Positions 61,897-64,000 of a stretch of 64,000 nt of DNA are shown here, one piece after another. Each line of letters begins with the position of its first letter. The stretch's first letter is position 1. The DNA is from Paraspadella gotoi (lineage: Eukaryota; Animalia; Chaetognatha), in assembly GCA_051294375.1 (NCBI GenBank), contig JBJCIZ010000239.1, positions 6,425,996 through 6,489,995 on the forward strand, in the 5' to 3' direction. Both the position numbers and the translations under genes were made by a program. The notes under the pieces were generated by a model that was given only the letters and a program-made list of their open reading frames with translations, did not search any database and was not told the origin of the DNA.

Positions 61897-63515
61897 AACG
61901 GCACCCTTAGCCGCATCCTTGACGGATAAAGGGTTTGATTTGTTCGGCATTCTGCGACAAGATGAGGAAAGGAAAGAAGAAGAAGGAAGAATAGGAGGAA
62001 GAAGAGGAAGAAGAAGAGGAAGAAGAAGAGGAGAAGAAGAAGAGGAAGAATAGGAGGAAGAAAGGAAGAGAGAGAGAGGAAGAAGAGGAAGAAGAAGAGA
62101 AGGAAGAGAGGAAGAAGAAGAGAGGAAGAAGAGGAGGAAGAAAGAGAAGAAGAGAAGGAAGGAGAGGAGGAAGAAAGGAAGAAGAAGAGAAGGAAGAAGA
62201 GGAGGAAGAAGAGGAAGAAAAGAGAAGGAAGAAAGTGGAAGAAGGAAGGAGAGAGAGAAGGAAGAAGAGATAAAGAAAGGAGGAAGAAGAGGAAGAAGAA
62301 GAGAAGAAAGAAGAGGAGAAGAAGAAGGGAGGAAGAAGAGGAGGAAAAGGAGTAGGGGACGTAATAAAAAACAAACAACGAGATATCGGATATGGTAATC
62401 GGTAGAGATTACAGAGTGAAACCTTTTAAACGAAATGTACAGATATCCAATGAAACTGCAAATCTCCTTTCTCCCATCTTTTTCTTTCCTCTGTTTCTCC
62501 TCCTATTCTCCTTTCCTCCCTTCCTCTCCCTTCCTCATCATTTTTCCTCCACATCTCTTCCTCTCTTACCTCCCTCTCTTCCCACATTACTTTCTCCTTC
62601 CCTCCTCACTTCTTTCCTCCCCATCTTCTCCTCCCTTCTCCCTTCTCCCCTCCCTTCCCCCACACCACTCCTCCTCGCTCTCTCACCTTATTATCCCCGG
62701 ATCTGAGTGAACGCCTCGGAAACGTTTCCAAGTTATCGGCGAATTGGCGCTTCCTTCCCGCGTTCGCGTCACCCTCGAGCTTCCGGAAGGGATCTTTACT
62801 TTCAACTCTTTGTCGTCTGTTGTCGTCCTTGTCGTCGTTGTTGCTGTTGTTGTTATAAACGTTGTCGTCGTTGTTGTTGTTATAAACGTTTGTCGTCGTT
62901 GATGTTGTTGCTGTTGCTGTTTTTCCTCTCTTCATTTTTACATCGACGTAATAAATCATCATCCTCATCATCTTCATCTTGCTCAGTTTCGTAATTCTGC
63001 CCAAAAACAGACGACGACAAAAAAATTAATATCATTATTAGTATAATTATTAAAAATATTAATAATTCAAAATATAAAAAATATTAGCTAGTGAGACAAA
63101 TGATTTTAATTATACAATTGAAACAACTCTGGGAGTGAGTGAGAGTATTGATTGAAAGCTTGCAGAATAATTAATTAATTAATTAATAAATTGATTGAAA
63201 GCTTGCAGGATCCTGCTAAGGTATTATCTAGTGAGAGGTCATGAATAAAAAAATAATATTAATTAATTAATTAATTAATTATCTGATCACTGCTGCACCG
63301 CTGTAGAAAATGTTTAATTATTTTCTATGCCAGAGTTGAGGCAAAGGATCGTGGGCAGATCCGGAATTGTTTGCTCAATCTTGTTTAACTAATGTTTAAC
63401 TTTTATGCCGTTTGACCAATTTCATATCATAATTGCATGTTGTGATTAGTGATTTAGTAGTGATTACAAATTTCATTGTCGGGCTTACAGTGTTAACCCA
63501 CGAGTCCACGTTAAC
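54129..63515. repeat. ~9-kb near-identical tandem copy of ~45270-54103 (3' ends of both convergent genes) with many 1-nt indels
   Basis: Collinear landmark for landmark and separated by a 25-N gap. The ABCA and plus-gene exons in this copy are frameshifted, mostly at homopolymers. Confidence 0.93.
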
Positions 63516-63596
63516 CTACCCCATCCCTCCCTCCTCTCAACCCCTCCCCCTTTCCACCTCTACCCCTTCCCCCCACCACCACCCCACCACGCTCAC

Positions 63597-63793
63597 CGTG
63601 ATCTGTTCGCTTCTTTTCCTCGCAATATTCTTCTCCGCCTTCTCCACGACGGCTTCCGTCTAAGGACGACGTCGTTGAGGGAAGAACAAGTTCCTCGAGT
63701 CTTGAGATAGATCTGATGATCGGAAGTAGGAGAAGGTCCAGAAGGATCCAGAATACTGTCGTCATGTTGGCGATGATGAAGAGATGTCGTCGC
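63597..63793 (-). CDS. Probable upstream ABCA exon (last transmembrane helix of TMD2)
   Basis: CCCAG| acceptor, hydrophobic 'LFIIANMTTVFWILLDLLLLPII', and a GTGAGC donor, on the same strand upstream of the NBD2 exons. The phase join to the next exon is unresolved. Confidence 0.55.
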
Positions 63794-64000
63794 CTGGGAA
63801 GGGGGGGGGGTTGAGGGGAGAGAGTTACCGGCGGGTAGGGGGGCGGGAGTAAGAAATAGAGGGGGGGGAAAAAGGACATTGTGGCGGTATATTCAAGCTG
63901 CCTCGCCTCCAGCTTCATTCGGCCAATCCCCTTGGCTCGGAGGGGGAATGCACCATCCCTAGCGTGCGCTCTAAGCAAAGTAACGACTTCCTTCTGCCAA

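Noticed and set aside
45270-63515. Tandem 9-kb duplication as a real recent segmental duplication with a pseudogenised ABCA copy
   Set aside because: The copies abut at a 25-N gap, each is truncated exactly at the gap, and the differences are mostly 1-nt homopolymer indels. This is the pattern of two unmerged overlapping contigs or haplotigs. Half read depth or spanning long reads would confirm it.
1-64000. Spliced-leader RNA, snRNA or rRNA gene
   Set aside because: I found no segment matching SL, U-snRNA, 5S or SRP sequences I know. A covariance-model search would be needed to exclude divergent ones.

Overview
Eukaryotic (animal, probably invertebrate) draft-assembly DNA, not prokaryotic. 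Exons are GC3/CpG-rich, introns are short and AT-rich with many (GA)n tracts, and there are several N gaps. 1-18.6 kb: seven tightly packed, functionally unrelated housekeeping genes, all on the minus strand (MRPL49, SAC1, FAM32A, V-ATPase subunit e, DR1/NC2-beta, homeodomain-type ceramide synthase, ZFAND4). Most have a splice-acceptor-like AG shortly upstream of the ATG, which makes this a candidate operon / SL trans-splicing unit. SAC1 ends in UGA-CUG and is followed by a 98-codon in-frame, coding-like extension that stops where the GC-rich sequence ends: a candidate stop-codon readthrough that would mask the C-terminal KxKxx ER-retrieval motif. 19-38 kb: repeat-rich, with Helentron/DINE-1-like non-autonomous elements, tRNA-derived SINEs, a 25/50-bp tandem array, Ty3/gypsy pol remnants with a nested hAT-type MITE, and local duplications. 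39.1-46.8 kb: a 14-exon plus-strand gene for an uncharacterised ~542-aa type II membrane protein, mostly missed by the ORF track. 48-64 kb: the 3' part of an ABCA transporter on the minus strand. About 9 kb (45.2-54.1 kb) recurs at 54.1-63.5 kb across an N gap, most likely an unmerged contig overlap. All gene models were assembled by hand from splice signals, reading-frame phase and recalled homology; no database searches were run.
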